Positions 24,922 through 40,500 of a DNA stretch of 64,000 nucleotides are shown here, piece by piece. Under the pieces are notes generated by a model. The model was not told the origin of the DNA. It did no database searches and saw nothing but the letters and a program-made list of their open reading frames with translations. How positions within the stretch are numbered: position 1 is the first letter of the stretch; each line of letters opens with the position of its first letter. The DNA comes from Auanema rhodensis. Lineage: Eukaryota; Animalia; Nematoda. The position numbers were made by a program, and so were the translations under genes. The DNA lies in contig OZ059899.1 of NCBI GenBank assembly GCA_964057225.1, positions 3,968,001 through 4,032,000 of the forward strand, written 5' to 3'.

Positions 24922-27729
24922 GTTGAGTGTACATGGAAACTCAACATACACTAATGCATCATTTTTCAAACGATCATAACTAATTTTTGTATTGAGCATT
25001 TCTCAATGTAGTATAGTGCATTCGATGCGGATTTTTAAGCTGCGTCGATCTGTGTTATCAGATTTGCGCTAGCTTAAAAATGCACCAAGATATCAACTGA
25101 TATAAGTTCACACTTATATCCTCGATTTTCACCCTGAAGAATTAATTTTTTCGTTGAATAACATTGTCCATCGTCTTTGCCTTGAAAGAAGGAATCTAAA
25201 AACATCTACTTTTTGCTAAATTATTTTGAAATTTTTCGAAAAAATTTTTGTCAAAATGTTTTTGGAAGCAATGTTGAGTGTACATGGAAACTCAACATAC
25301 ACTAATGCATCATTTTTCAAACGATCATAACTAATTTTTGTATTGAGCGTTTCTCAATGTAGTATAGTGCATTCGATGCGGATTTTTAAGCTGCGTCGTT
25401 CTGTGTTATCAGATTTGCGCTAGCTTAAAAATGCACCGAGATATCAACTGATATAAGTTCACACTTATATCCTCGATTTTCACCCTGAAGAATTAATTTT
25501 TTCGTTGAATAACATTGTCCATCGTCTTTGCCTTGAAAAATGGAATCTAAAAACATCTACTTTTTGCTAAATTATTTTGAAATTTTTCGAAAAAATTTTT
25601 GTCAAAATGTTTTTGGAAGCAATGTTGAGTGTACATGGAAACTCAACATACACTAATGCATCATTTTTCAAACGATCATAACTAATTTTTGTATTGAGCA
25701 TTTCTCAATGTAGTATAGTGCATTCGATGCGGATTTTTAAGCTGCGTCGATTTGTGTTATCAGATTTGCGCTAGCTTAAAAATGCACCAAGATATCAACT
25801 GATATAAGTTCACACTTATATCCTCGATTTTCACCCTGAAGAATTAATTTTTTCGTTGAATAACATTGTCCATCGTCTTTGCCTTGAAAAAAGGAATCTA
25901 AAAACATCTACTTTTTGCTAAATTATTTTGAAATTTCTCGAAAAAATTTTTGTCAAAATGTTTTTGGAAGCAATGTTGAGTGTACATGGAAACTCAACAT
26001 ACACTAATGCATCATTTTTCAAACGATCATAACTAATTTTTGTATTGAGCATTTCTCAATGTAGTATAGTGCATTCGATGCGGATTTTTAAGCTGCGTCG
26101 ATCTGTGTTATCAGATTTGCGCTAGCTTAAAAATGCACCAAGATATCAACTGATATAAGTTCACACTTATATCCTCGATTTTCACCCTGAAGAATTAATT
26201 TTTTCGTTGAATAACATTGTCCATCGTCTTTGCCTTGAAAGAAGGAATCTAAAAACATCTACTTTTTGCTAAATTATTTTGAAATTTTTCGAAAAAATTT
26301 TTGTCAAAATGTTTTTGGAAGCAATGTTGAGTGTACATGGAAACTCAACATACACTAATGCATCATTTTTCAAACGATCATAACTAATTTTTGTATTGAG
26401 CGTTTCTCAATGTAGTATAGTGCATTCGATGCGGATTTTTAAGCTGCGTCGTTCTGTGTTATCAGATTTGCGCTAGCTTAAAAATGCACCAAGATATCAA
26501 CTGATATAAGTTCACACTTATATCCTCGATTTTCACCCTGAAGAATTAATTTTTTCGTTGAATAACATTGTCCATCGTCTTTGCCTTGAAAAATGGAATC
26601 TAAAAACATCTACTTTTTGCTAAATTATTTTGAAATTTTTCGAAAAAATTTTTGTCAAAATGTTTTTGGAAGCAATGTTGAGTGTACATGGAAACTCAAC
26701 ATACACTAATGCATCATTTTTCAAACGATCATAACTAATTTTTGTATTGAGCATTTCTCAATGTAGTATAGTGCATTCGATGCGGATTTTTAAGCTGCGT
26801 CGATTTGTGTTATCAGATTTGCGCTAGCTTAAAAATGCACCAAGATATCAACTGATATAAGTTCACACTTATATCCTCGATTTTCACCCTGAAGAATTAA
26901 TTTTTTCGTTGAATAACATTGTCCATCGTCTTTGCCTTGAAAAAAGGAATCTAAAAACATCTACTTTTTGCTAAATTATTTTGAAATTTCTCGAAAAAAT
27001 TTTTGTCAAAATGTTTTTGGAAGCAATGTTGAGTGTACATGGAAACTCAACATACACTAATGCATCATTTTTCAAACGATCATAACTAATTTTTGTATTG
27101 AGCATTTCTCAATGTAGTATAGTGCATTCGATGCGGATTTTTAAGCTGCGTCGATCTGTGTTATCAGATTTGCGCTAGCTTAAAAATGCACCAAGATATC
27201 AACTGATATAAGTTCACACTTATATCCTCGATTTTCACCCTGAAGAATTAATTTTTTCGTTGAATAACATTGTCCATCGTCTTTGCCTTGAAAGAAGGAA
27301 TCTAAAAACATCTACTTTTTGCTAAATTATTTTGAAATTTTTCGAAAAAATTTTTGTCAAAATGTTTTTGGAAGCAATGTTGAGTGTACATGGAAACTCA
27401 ACATACACTAATGCATCATTTTTCAAACGATCATAACTAATTTTTGTATTGAGCGTTTCTCAATGTAGTATAGTGCATTCGATGCGGATTTTTAAGCTGC
27501 GTCGTTCTGTGTTATCAGATTTGCGCTAGCTTAAAAATGCACCGAGATATCAACTGATATAAGTTCACACTTATAACCTCGATTTTCACCCTGAAGAATT
27601 AATTTTTTCGTTGAATAACATTGTCCATCGTCTTTGCCTTGAAAAATGGAATCTAAAAACATCTACTTTTTGCTAAATTATTTTGAAATTTTTCGAAAAA
27701 ATTTTTGTCAAAATGTTTTTGGAAGCAAT
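24571..27729 (+). repeat. Trimeric higher-order repeat, 3 copies (1053-bp period)
   Basis: gaaaGaagg occurs at 25188, 26241 and 27294. Three monomer types (gatTtg, gaaaGaa, gTtct) cycle through M71-79. Confidence 0.92.
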
Positions 27730-30186
27730 GTTGAGTGTACATGGAAACTCAACATACACTAATGCATCATTTTTCAAACGATCATAACTAATTTTTGTAT
27801 TAAGCGTTTCTCAATGTAGTATAGTGCATTCGATGCGGATTTTTAAGCTGCGTCGATCTGTGTTATCAGATTTGCGCTAGCTTAAAAATGCACCGAGATA
27901 TCAACTGATATAAGTTCACACTTATATCCTCGATTTTCACCCTGAAGAATTAATTTTTTCGTGGAATAACATTGTCCATCGTCTTTGCCTTGAAAAAAGG
28001 AATCTAAAAACATCTACTTTTTGCTAAATTATTTTGAAATTTCTCGAAAAAATTTTTGTCAAAATGTTTTTGGAAGCAATGTTGAGTGTACATGGAAACT
28101 CAACATACACTAATGCATCATTTTTCAAACGATCATAACTAATTTTTGTATTAAGCGTTTCTCAATGTAGTATAGTGCATTCGATGCGGATTTTTAAGCT
28201 GCGTCGATCTGTGTTATCAGATTTGCGCTAGCTTAAAAATGCACCGAGATATCAACTGATATAAGTTCACACTTATATCCTCGATTTTCACCCTGAAGAA
28301 TTAATTTTTTCGTTGAATAACATTGTCCATCGTCTTTGCCTTGAAAAATGGAATCTAAAAACATCTACTTTTTGCTAAATTATTTTGAAATTTTTTGAAA
28401 AAATTTTTGTCAAAATGTTTTTGGAAGCAATGTTGAGTGTACATGGAAACTCAACATACACTAATGCATCATTTTTCAAACGATCATAACTAATTTTTGT
28501 ATTAAGCGTTTCTCAATGTAGTATAGTGCAGTCGATGCGGATTTTTAAGCTGCGTCGATCTGTGTTATCAGATTTGCGCTAGCTTAAAAATGCACCGAGA
28601 TATCAACTGATATAAGTTCACACTTATATCCTCGATTTTCACCCTGAAGAATTAATTTTTTCGTTGAATAACATTGTCCATCGTCTTTGCCTTGAAAAAA
28701 GGAATCTAAAAACATCTACTTTTTGCTAAATTATTTTGAAATTTTTTGAAAAAATTTTTGTCAAAATGTTTTTGGAAGCAATGTTGAGTGTACATGGAAA
28801 CTCAACATACACTAATGCATCATTTTTCAAACGATCATAACTAATTTTTGTATTAAGCGTTTCTCAATGTAGTATAGTGCAGTCGATGCGGATTTTTAAG
28901 CTGCGTCGATCTGTGTTATCAGATTTGCGCTAGCTTAAAAATGCACCGAGATATCAACTGATATAAGTTCACACTTATATCCTCGATTTTCACCCTGAAG
29001 AATTAATTTTTTCGTTGAATAACATTGTCCATCGTCTTTGCCTTGAAAAAAGGAATCTAAAAACATCTACTTTTTGCTAAATTATTTTGAAATTTTTTGA
29101 AAAAATTTTTGTCAAAATGTTTTTGGAAGCAATGTTGAGTGTACATGGAAACTCAACATACACTAATGCATCATTTTTCAAACGATCATAACTAATTTTT
29201 GTATTAAGCGTTTCTCAATGAAGTATAGTGCATTCGATGCGGATTTTTAAGCTGCGTCGATCTGTGTTATCAGATTTGCGCTAGCTTAAAAATGCACCGA
29301 GATATCAACTGATATAAGTTCACACTTATATCCTCGATTTTCACCCTGAAGAATTAATTTTTTCGTTGAATAACATTGTCCATCGTCTTTGCCTTGAAAA
29401 AAGAAATCTAAAAACATCTACTTTTTGCTAAATTATTTTGAAATTTTTCGAAAAAATTTTTGTCAAAATGTTTTTGGAAGCAATGTTGAGTGTACATGGA
29501 AACTCAACATACACTAATGCATCATTTTTCAAACGATCATAACTAATTTTTGTATTGAGCGTTTCTCAATGTAGTATAGTGCATTCGATGCGGATTTTTA
29601 AGCTGCGTCGTTCTGTGTTATCAGATTTGCGCTAGCTTAAAAATGCACCGAGATATCAACTGATATAAGTTCACACTTATATCCTCGATTTTCACCCTGA
29701 AGAATTAATTTTTTCGTTGAATAACATTGTCCATCGTCTTTGCCTTGAAAAAAGGAATCTAAAAACATCTACTTTTTGCTAAATTATTTTGAAATTTTTC
29801 GAAAAAATTTTTGTCAAAATGTTTTTGGAAGCAATGTTGAGTGTACATGGAAACTCAATATACACTAATGCATCATTTTTCAAACGATCATAACTAATTT
29901 TTGTATTGAGCGTTTCTCAATGTAGTATAGTGCATTCGATGCGGATTTTTAAGCTGCGTCGTTCTGTGTTATCAGATTTGCGCTAGCTTAAAAATGCACC
30001 GAGATATCAACTGATATAAGTTCACACTTATATCCTCGATTTTCACCCTGAAGAATTAATTTTTTCGTTGAATAACATTGTCCATCGTCTTTGCCTTGAA
30101 AAAAGGAATCTAAAAACATCTACTTTTTGCTAAATTATTTTGAAATTTTTCGAAAAAATTTTTGTCAAAATGTTTTTGGAAGCAAT

Positions 30187-32292
30187 GTTGAGTGTACATG
30201 GAAACTCAACATACACTAATGCATCATTTTTCAAACGATCATAACTAATTTTTGTATTGAGCGTTTCTCAATGTAGTATAGTGCATTCGATGCGGATTTT
30301 TAAGCTGCGTCGTTCTGTGTTATCAGATTTGCGCTAGCTTAAAAATGCACCGAGATATCAACTGATATAAGTTCACACTTATATCCTCGATTTTCACCCT
30401 GAAGAATTAATTTTTTCGTTGAATAACATTGTCCATCGTCTTTGCCTTGAAAAATGGAATCTAAAAACATCTACTTTTTGCTAAATTATTTTGAAATTTT
30501 TCGAAAAAATTTTTGTCAAAATGTTTTTGGAAGCAATGTTGAGTGTACATGGAAACTCAACATACACTAATGCATCATTTTTCAAACGATCATAACTAAT
30601 TTTTGTATTAAGCGTTTCTCAATGTAGTATGGTGCATTCGATGCGGATTTTTAAGCTGCGTCGATCTGTGTTATCAGATTTGCGCTAGCTTAAAAATGCA
30701 CCGAGATATCAACTGATATAAGTTCACACTTATATCCTCGATTTTCACCCTGAAGAATTAATTTTTTCGTGGAATAACATTGTCCATCGTCTTTGCCTTG
30801 AAAAAAGGAATCTAAAAACATCTACTTTTTGCTAAATTATTTTGAAATTTCTCGAAAAAATTTTTGTCAAAATGTTTTTGGAAGCAATGTTGAGTGTACA
30901 TGGAAACTCAACATACACTAATGCATCATTTTTCAAACGATCATAACTAATTTTTGTATTGAGCGTTTCTCAATGTAGTATAGTGCATTCGATGCGGATT
31001 TTTAAGCTGCGTCGTTCTGTGTTATCAGATTTGCGCTAGCTTAAAAATGCACCGAGATATCAACTGATATAAGTTCACACTTATATCCTCGATTTTCACC
31101 CTGAAGAATTAATTTTTTCGTTGAATAACATTGTCCATCGTCTTTGCCTTGAAAAATGGAATCTAAAAACATCTACTTTTTGCTAAATTATTTTGAAATT
31201 TTTCGAAAAAATTTTTGTCAAAATGTTTTTGGAAGCAATGTTGAGTGTACATGGAAACTCAACATACACTAATGCATCATTTTTCAAACGATCATAACTA
31301 ATTTTTGTATTAAGCGTTTCTCAATGTAGTATGGTGCATTCGATGCGGATTTTTAAGCTGCGTCGATCTGTGTTATCAGATTTGCGCTAGCTTAAAAATG
31401 CACCGAGATATCAACTGATATAAGTTCACACTTATATCCTCGATTTTCACCCTGAAGAATTAATTTTTTCGTGGAATAACATTGTCCATCGTCTTTGCCT
31501 TGAAAAAAGGAATCTAAAAACATCTACTTTTTGCTAAATTATTTTGAAATTTCTCGAAAAAATTTTTGTCAAAATGTTTTTGGAAGCAATGTTGAGTGTA
31601 CATGGAAACTCAACATACACTAATGCATCATTTTTCAAACGATCATAACTAATTTTTGTATTGAGCGTTTCTCAATGTAGTATAGTGCATTCGATGCGGA
31701 TTTTTAAGCTGCGTCGTTCTGTGTTATCAGATTTGCGCTAGCTTAAAAATGCACCGAGATATCAACTGATATAAGTTCACACTTATATCCTCGATTTTCA
31801 CCCTGAAGAATTAATTTTTTCGTTGAATAACATTGTCCATCGTCTTTGCCTTGAAAAATGGAATCTAAAAACATCTACTTTTTGCTAAATTATTTTGAAA
31901 TTTTTCGAAAAAATTTTTGTCAAAATGTTTTTGGAAGCAATGTTGAGTGTACATGGAAACTCAACATACACTAATGCATCATTTTTCAAACGATCATAAC
32001 TAATTTTTGTATTAAGCGTTTCTCAATGTAGTATAGTGCATTCGATGCGGATTTTTAAGCTGCGTCGATCTGTGTTATCAGATTTGCGCTAGCTTAAAAA
32101 TGCACCGAGATATCAACTGATATAAGTTCACACTTATATCCTCGATTTTCACCCTGAAGAATTAATTTTTTCGTGGAATAACATTGTCCATCGTCTTTGC
32201 CTTGAAAAAAGGAATCTAAAAACATCTACTTTTTGCTAAATTATTTTGAAATTTCTCGAAAAAATTTTTGTCAAAATGTTTTTGGAAGCAAT
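30187..32292 (+). repeat. Dimeric higher-order repeat, 3 copies (702-bp period)
   Basis: Monomers with ttGagcg+gTtct alternate with monomers carrying cgtGga+tttCtcg (M87-92). tatGgtg is shared by M88 and M90. Confidence 0.88.
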
Positions 32293-32994
32293 GTTGAGTG
32301 TACATGGAAACTCAACATACACTAATGCATCATTTTTCAAACGATCATAACTAATTTTTGTATTAAGCGTTTCTCAATGTAGTATAGTGCATTCGATGCG
32401 GATTTTTAAGCTGCGTCGATCTGTGTTATCAGATTTGCGCTAGCTTAAAAATGCACCGAGATATCAACTGATATAAGTTCACACTTATATCCTCGATTTT
32501 CACCCTGAAGAATTGATTTTTTCGTTGAATAACATTGTCCATCGTCTTTGCCTTGAAAAATGGAATCTAAAAACATCTACTTTTTGCTAAATTATTTTGA
32601 AATTTTTCGAAAAAAGTTTTGTCAAAATGTTTTTGGAAGCAATGTTGAGTGTACATGGAAACTCAACATACACTAATGCATCATTTTTCAAACGATCATA
32701 ACTAATTTTTGTATTAAGCGTTTCTCAATGTAGTATAGTGCATTCGATGCGGATTTTTAAGCTGCGTCGTTCTGTGTTATCAGATTTGCGCTAGCTTAAA
32801 AATGCAACGAGATATCAACTGATATAAGTTCACACTTATATCCTCGATTTTCACCCTGAAGAATTAATTTTTTCGTTGAATAACATTGTCCATCGTCTTT
32901 GCCTTGAAAAAAGGAATCTAAAAACATCTACTTTTTGCTAAATTATTTTAAAATTTTTCGAAAAAATTTTTGTCAAAATGTTTTTGGAAGCAAT

Positions 32995-35900
32995 GTTGAG
33001 TGTACATGGAAACTCAACATACACTAATGCATCATTTTTCAAACGATCATAACTAATTTTTGTATTGAGCATTTCTCAATGTAGTATAGTGCATTCGATG
33101 CGGATTTTTAAGCTGCGTCGATCTGTGTTATCAGATTTGCGCTAGCTTAAAAATGCACCGAGATATCAACTGATATAAGTTCACACTTATATCCTCGATT
33201 TTCACCCTGAAGAATTAATTTTTTCGTTGAATAACATTGTCCATCGTCTTTGCCTTGAAAAATGGAATCTAAAAACATCTACTTTTTGCTAAATTATTTT
33301 GAAATTTTTCGAAAAAATTTTTGTCAAAATGTTTTTGGAAGCAATGTTGAGTGTACATGGAAACTCAACATACACTAATGCATCATTTTTCAAACGATCA
33401 TAACTAATTTTTGTATTAAGCGTTTCTCAATGTAGTATAGTGCATTCGATGCGGATTTTTAAGCTGCGTCGATCTGTGTTATCAGATTTGCGCTAGCTTA
33501 AAAATGCACCGAGATATCAACTGATATAAGTTCACACTTATATCCTCGATTTTCACCCTGAAGAATTAATTTTTTCGTGGAATAACATTGTCCATCGTCT
33601 TTGCCTTGAAAAAAGGAATCTAAAAACATCTACTTTTTGCTAAATTATTTTGAAATTTCTCGAAAAAATTTTTGTCAAAATGTTTTTGGAAGCAATGTTG
33701 AGTGTACATGGAAACTCAACATACACTAATGCATCATTTTTCAAACGATCATAACTAATTTTTGTATTAAGCGTTTCTCAATGTAGTATAGTGCATTCGA
33801 TGCGGATTTTTAAGCTGCGTCGATCTGTGTTATCAGATTTGCGCTAGCTTAAAAATGCACCGAGATATCAACTGATATAAGTTCAAACTTATATCCTCGA
33901 TTTTCACCCTGAAGAATTGATTTTTTCGTTGAATAACATTGTCCATCGTCTTTGCCTTGAAAAATGGAATCTAAAAACATCTACTTTTTGCTAAATTATT
34001 TTGAAATTTTTCGAAAAAATTTTTGTCAAAATGTTTTTGGAAGCAATGTTGAGTGTACATGGAAACTCAACATACACTAATGCATCATTTTTCAAACGAT
34101 CATAACTAATTTTTGTATTAAGCGTTTCTCAATGTAGTATAGTGCATTCGATGCGGATTTTTAAGCTGCGTCGATCTGTGTTATCAGATTTGCGCTAGCT
34201 TAAAAATGCACCTAGATATCAACTGATATAAGTTCACACTTATATCCTCGATTTTCACCCTGAAGAATTGATTTTTTCGTTGAATAACATTGTCCATCGT
34301 CTTTGCCTTGAAAAATGGAATCTAAAAACATCTACTTTTTGCTAAATTATTTTGAAATTTTTCGAAAAAAGTTTTGTCAAAATGTTTTTGGAAGCAATGT
34401 TGAGTGTACATGGAAACTCAACATACACTAATGCATCATTTTTCAAACGATCATAACTAATTTTTGTATTAAGCGTTTCTCAATGTAGTATAGTGCATTC
34501 GATGCGGATTTTTAAGCTGCGTCGTTCTGTGTTATCAGATTTGCGCTAGCTTAAAAATGCAACGAGATATCAACTGATATAAGTTCACACTTATATCCTC
34601 GATTTTCACCCTGAAGAATTAATTTTTTCGTTGAATAACATTGTCCATCGTCTTTGCCTTGAAAAATGGAATCTAAAAACATCTACTTTTTGCTAAATTA
34701 TTTTGAAATTTTTCGAAAAAAGTTTTGTCAAAATGTTTTTGGAAGCAATGTTGAGTGTACATGGAAACTCAACATACACTAATGCATCATTTTTCAAACG
34801 ATCATAACTAATTTTTGTATTAAGCGTTTCTCAATGTAGTATAGTGCATTCGATGCGGATTTTTAAGCTGCGTCGTTCTGTGTTATCAGATTTGCGCTAG
34901 CTTAAAAATGCAACGAGATATCAACTGATATAAGTTCACACTTATATCCTCGATTTTCACCCTGAAGAATTGATTTTTTCGTTGAATAACATTGTCCATC
35001 GTCTTTGCCTTGAGAAATGGAATCTAAAAACATCTACTTTTTGCTAAATTATTTTAAAATTTTTCGAAAAAATTTTTGTCAAAATGTTTTTGGAAGCAAT
35101 GTTGAGTGTACATGGAAACTCAACATACACTAATGCATCATTTTTCAAACGATCATAACTAATTTTTGTATTGAGCATTTCTCAATGTAGTATAGTGCAT
35201 TCGATGCGGATTTTTAAGCTGCGTCGATCTGTGTTATCAGATTTGCGCTAGCTTAAAAATGCACCGAGATATCAACTGATATAAGTTCACACTTATATCC
35301 TCGATTTTCACCCTGAAGAATTAATTTTTTCGTTGAATAACATTGTCCATCGTCTTTGCCTTGAAAAATGGAATCTAAAAACATCTACTTTTTGCTAAAT
35401 TATTTTGAAATTTTTCGAAAAAATTTTTGTCAAAATGTTTTTGGAAGCAATGTTGAGTGTACATGGAAACTCAACATACACTAATGCATCATTTTTCAAA
35501 CGATCATAACTAATTTTTGTATTAAGCGTTTCTCAATGTAGTATAGTGCATTCGATGCGGATTTTTAAGCTGCGTCGATCTGTGTTATCAGATTTGCGCT
35601 AGCTTAAAAATGCACCGAGATATCAACTGATATAAGTTCACACTTATATCCTCGATTTTCACCCTGAAGAATTAATTTTTTCGTGGAATAACATTGTCCA
35701 TCGTCTTTGCCTTGAAAAAAGGAATCTAAAAACATCTACTTTTTGCTAAATTATTTTGAAATTTCTCGAAAAAATTTTTGTCAAAATGTTTTTGGAAGCA
35801 ATGTTGAGTGTACATGGAAACTCAACATACACTAATGCATCATTTTTCAAACGATCATAACTAATTTTTGTATTAAGCGTTTCTCAATGTAGTATAGTGC

Positions 35901-37206
35901 ATTCGATGCGGATTTTTAAGCTGCGTCGATCTGTGTTATCAGATTTGCGCTAGCTTAAAAATGCACCGAGATATCAACTGATATAAGTTCAAACTTATAT
36001 CCTCGATTTTCACCCTGAAGAATTGATTTTTTCGTTGAATAACATTGTCCATCGTCTTTGCCTTGAAAAATGGAATCTAAAAACATCTACTTTTTGCTAA
36101 ATTATTTTGAAATTTTTCGAAAAAATTTTTGTCAAAATGTTTTTGGAAGCAATGTTGAGTGTACATGGAAACTCAACATACACTAATGCATCATTTTTCA
36201 AACGATCATAACTAATTTTTGTATTAAGCGTTTCTCAATGTAGTATAGTGCATTCGATGCGGATTTTTAAGCTGCGTCGATCTGTGTTATCAGATTTGCG
36301 CTAGCTTAAAAATGCACCTAGATATCAACTGATATAAGTTCACACTTATATCCTCGATTTTCACCCTGAAGAATTGATTTTTTCGTTGAATAACATTGTC
36401 CATCGTCTTTGCCTTGAAAAATGGAATCTAAAAACATCTACTTTTTGCTAAATTATTTTGAAATTTTTCGAAAAAAGTTTTGTCAAAATGTTTTTGGAAG
36501 CAATGTTGAGTGTACATGGAAACTCAACATACACTAATGCATCATTTTTCAAACGATCATAACTAATTTTTGTATTAAGCGTTTCTCAATGTAGTATAGT
36601 GCATTCGATGCGGATTTTTAAGCTGCGTCGTTCTGTGTTATCAGATTTGCGCTAGCTTAAAAATGCAACGAGATATCAACTGATATAAGTTCACACTTAT
36701 ATCCTCGATTTTCACCCTGAAGAATTAATTTTTTCGTTGAATAACATTGTCCATCGTCTTTGCCTTGAAAAATGGAATCTAAAAACATCTACTTTTTGCT
36801 AAATTATTTTGAAATTTTTCGAAAAAAGTTTTGTCAAAATGTTTTTGGAAGCAATGTTGAGTGTACATGGAAACTCAACATACACTAATGCATCATTTTT
36901 CAAACGATCATAACTAATTTTTGTATTAAGCGTTTCTCAATGTAGTATAGTGCATTCGATGCGGATTTTTAAGCTGCGTCGTTCTGTGTTATCAGATTTG
37001 CGCTAGCTTAAAAATGCAACGAGATATCAACTGATATAAGTTCACACTTATATCCTCGATTTTCACCCTGAAGAATTGATTTTTTCGTTGAATAACATTG
37101 TCCATCGTCTTTGCCTTGAGAAATGGAATCTAAAAACATCTACTTTTTGCTAAATTATTTTAAAATTTTTCGAAAAAATTTTTGTCAAAATGTTTTTGGA
37201 AGCAAT
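32995..37206 (+). repeat. Tandem duplication of a 6-monomer block (2106-bp period)
   Basis: gttcaAact occurs at 33886/35992. ccTag and tgaGaaa also repeat at +2106 (M95-100 matches M101-106). Confidence 0.92.
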
Positions 37207-37557
37207 GTTGAGTGTACATGGAAACTCAACATACACTAATGCATCATTTTTCAAACGATCATAACTAATTTTTGTATTGAGCATTTCTCAATGTAGTATA
37301 GTGCATTCGATGCGGATTTTTAAGCTGCGTCGATCTGTGTTATCAGATTTGCGCTAGCTTAAAAATGCACCGAGATATCAACTGATATAAGTTCACACTT
37401 ATATCCTCGATTTTCACCCTGAAGAATTAATTTTTTCGTTGAATAACATTGTCCATCGTCTTTGCCTTGAAAAAAGGAATCTAAAAACATCTACTTTTTG
37501 CTAAATTATTTTGAAATTTCTCGAAAAAATTTTTGTCAAAATGTTTTTGGAAGCAAT

Positions 37558-40500
37558 GTTGAGTGTACATGGAAACTCAACATACACTAATGCATCATTT
37601 TTCAAACGATCATAACTAATTTTTGTATTAAGCGTTTCTCAATGTAGTATAGTGCATTCGATGCGGATTTTTAAGCTGCGTAGATCTGTGTTATCAGATT
37701 TGCGCTAGCTTAAAAATGCACCGAGATATCAACTGATATAAGTTCACACTTATATCCTCGATTTTCACCCTGAAGAATTGATTTTTTCGTTGAATAACAT
37801 TGTCCATCATCTTTGCCTTGAAAAATGGAATCTAAAAACATCTACTTTTTGCTAAATTATTTTGAAATTTTTCGAAAAAAGTTTTGTCAAAATGTTTTTG
37901 GAAGCAATGTTGAGTGTACATGGAAACTCAACATACACTAATGCATCATTTTTCAAACGATCATAACTAATTTTTGTATTAAGCGTTTCTCAATGTAGTA
38001 TAGTGCATTCGATGCGGATTTTTAAGCTGCGTCGTTCTGTGTTATCAGATTTGCGCTAGCTTAAAAATGCAACGAGATATCAACTGATATAAGTTCACAC
38101 TTATATCCTCGATTTTCACCCTGAAGAATTAATTTTTTCGTTGAATTACATTGTCCATCGTCTTTGCCTTGAAAAAAGAAATCTAAAAACATCTACTTTT
38201 TGCTAAATTATTTTAAAATTTTTCGAAAAAATTTTTGTCAAAATGTTTTTGGAAGCAATGTTGAGTGTACATGGAAACTCAACATACACTAATGCATCAT
38301 TTTTCAAACGATCATAACTAATTTTTGTATTAAGCATTTCTCAATGTAGTATAGTGCATTCGATGCGGATTTTTAAGCTGCGTCGATCTGTGTTATCAGA
38401 TTTGCGCTAGCTTAAAAATGCACCGAGATATCAACTGATATAAGTTCACACTTATATCCTCGATTTTCACCCTGAAGAATTAATTTTTTCGTTGAATAAC
38501 ATTGTCCATCGTCTTTGCCTTGAAAAAAGGAATCTAAAAACATCTACTTTTTGCTAAATTTTTTTGAAATTTCTCGAAAAAATTTTTGTCAAAATGTTTT
38601 TGGAAGCAATGTTGAGTGTACATGGAAACTCAACATACACTAATGCATCATTTTTCAAACGATCATAACTAATTTTTGTATTAAGCGTTTCTCAATGTAG
38701 TATAGTGCATTCGATGCGGATTTTTAAGCTGCGTCGATCTGTGTTATCAGATTTGCGCTAGCTTAAAAATGCACCGAGATATCAACTGATATAAGTTCAC
38801 ACTTATATCCTCGATTTTCACCCTGAAGAATTGATTTTTTCGTTGAATAACATTGTCCATCGTCTTTGCCTTGAAAAATGGAATCTAAAAACATCTACTT
38901 TTTGCTAAATTATTTTGAAATTTTTCGAAAAAAGTTTTGTCAAAATGTTTTTGGAAGCAATGTTGAGTGTACATGGAAACTCAACATACACTAATGCATC
39001 ATTTTTCAAACGATCATAACTAATTTTTGTATTAAGCGTTTCTCAATGTAGTATAGTGCATTCGATGCGGATTTTTAAGCTGCGTCGATCTGTGTTATCA
39101 GATTTGCGCTAGCTTAAAAATGCACCGAGATATCAACTGATATAAGTTCACACTTATATCCTCGATTTTCACCCTGAAGAATTAATTTTTTCGTTGAATA
39201 ACATTGTCCATCGTCTTTGCCTTGAAAAAAGGAATCTAAAAACATCTACTTTTTGCTAAATTTTTTTGAAATTTCTCGAAAAAATTTTTGTCAAAATGTT
39301 TTTGGAAGCAATGTTGAGTGTACATGGAAACTCAACATACACTAATGCATCATTTTTCAAACGATCATAACTAATTTTTGTATTAAGCGTTTCTCAATGT
39401 AGTATAGTGCATTCGATGCGGATTTTTAAGCTGCGTCGATCTGTGTTATCAGATTTGCGCTAGCTTAAAAATGCACCGAGATATCAACTGATATAAGTTC
39501 ACACTTATATCCTCGATTTTCACCCTGAAGAATTAATTTTTTCGTTGAATAACATTGTCCATCGTCTTTGCCTTGAAAAATGGAATCTAAAAACATCTAC
39601 TTTTTGCTAAATTATTTTGAAATTTTTCGAAAAAATTTTTGTCAAAATGTTTTTGGAAGCAATGTTGAGTGTACATGGAAACTCAACATACACTAATGCA
39701 TCATTTTTCAAACGATCATAACTAATTTTTGTATTAAGCGTTTCTCAATGTAGTATAGTGCATTCGATGCGGATTTTTAAGCTGCGTCGATCTGTGTTAT
39801 CAGATTTGCGCTAGCTTAAAAATGCACCGAGATATCAACTGATATAAGTTCACACTTATATCCTCGATTTTCACCCTGAAGAATTAATTTTTTCGTTGAA
39901 TAACATTGTCCATCGTCTTCGCCTTGAAAAAAGGAATCTAAAAACATCTACTTTTTGCTAAATTATTTCGAAATTTCTCGAAAAAATTTTTGTCAAAATG
40001 TTTTTGGAAGCAATGTTGAGTGTACATGGAAACTCAACATACACTAATGCATCATTTTTCAAACGATCATAACTAATTTTTGTATTAAGCGTTTCTCAAT
40101 GTAGTATAGTGCATTCGATGCGGATTTTTAAGCTGCGTCGATCTGTGTTATCAGATTTGCGCTAGCTTAAAAATGCACCGAGATATCAACTGATATAAGT
40201 TCACACTTATATCCTCGATTTTCACCCTGAAGAATTGATTTTTTCGTTGAATAACATTGTCCATCGTCTTTGCCTTGAAAAATGGAATCTAAAAACATCT
40301 ACTTTTTGCTAAATTATTTTGAAATTTTTCGAAAAAAGTTTTGTCAAAATGTTTTTGGAAGCAATGTTGAGTGTACATGGAAACTCAACATACACTAATG
40401 CATCATTTTTCAAACGATTATAACTAATTTTTGTATTAAGCGTTTCTCAATGTAGTATAGTGCATTCGATGCGGATTTTTAAGCTGCGTCGTTCTGTGTT

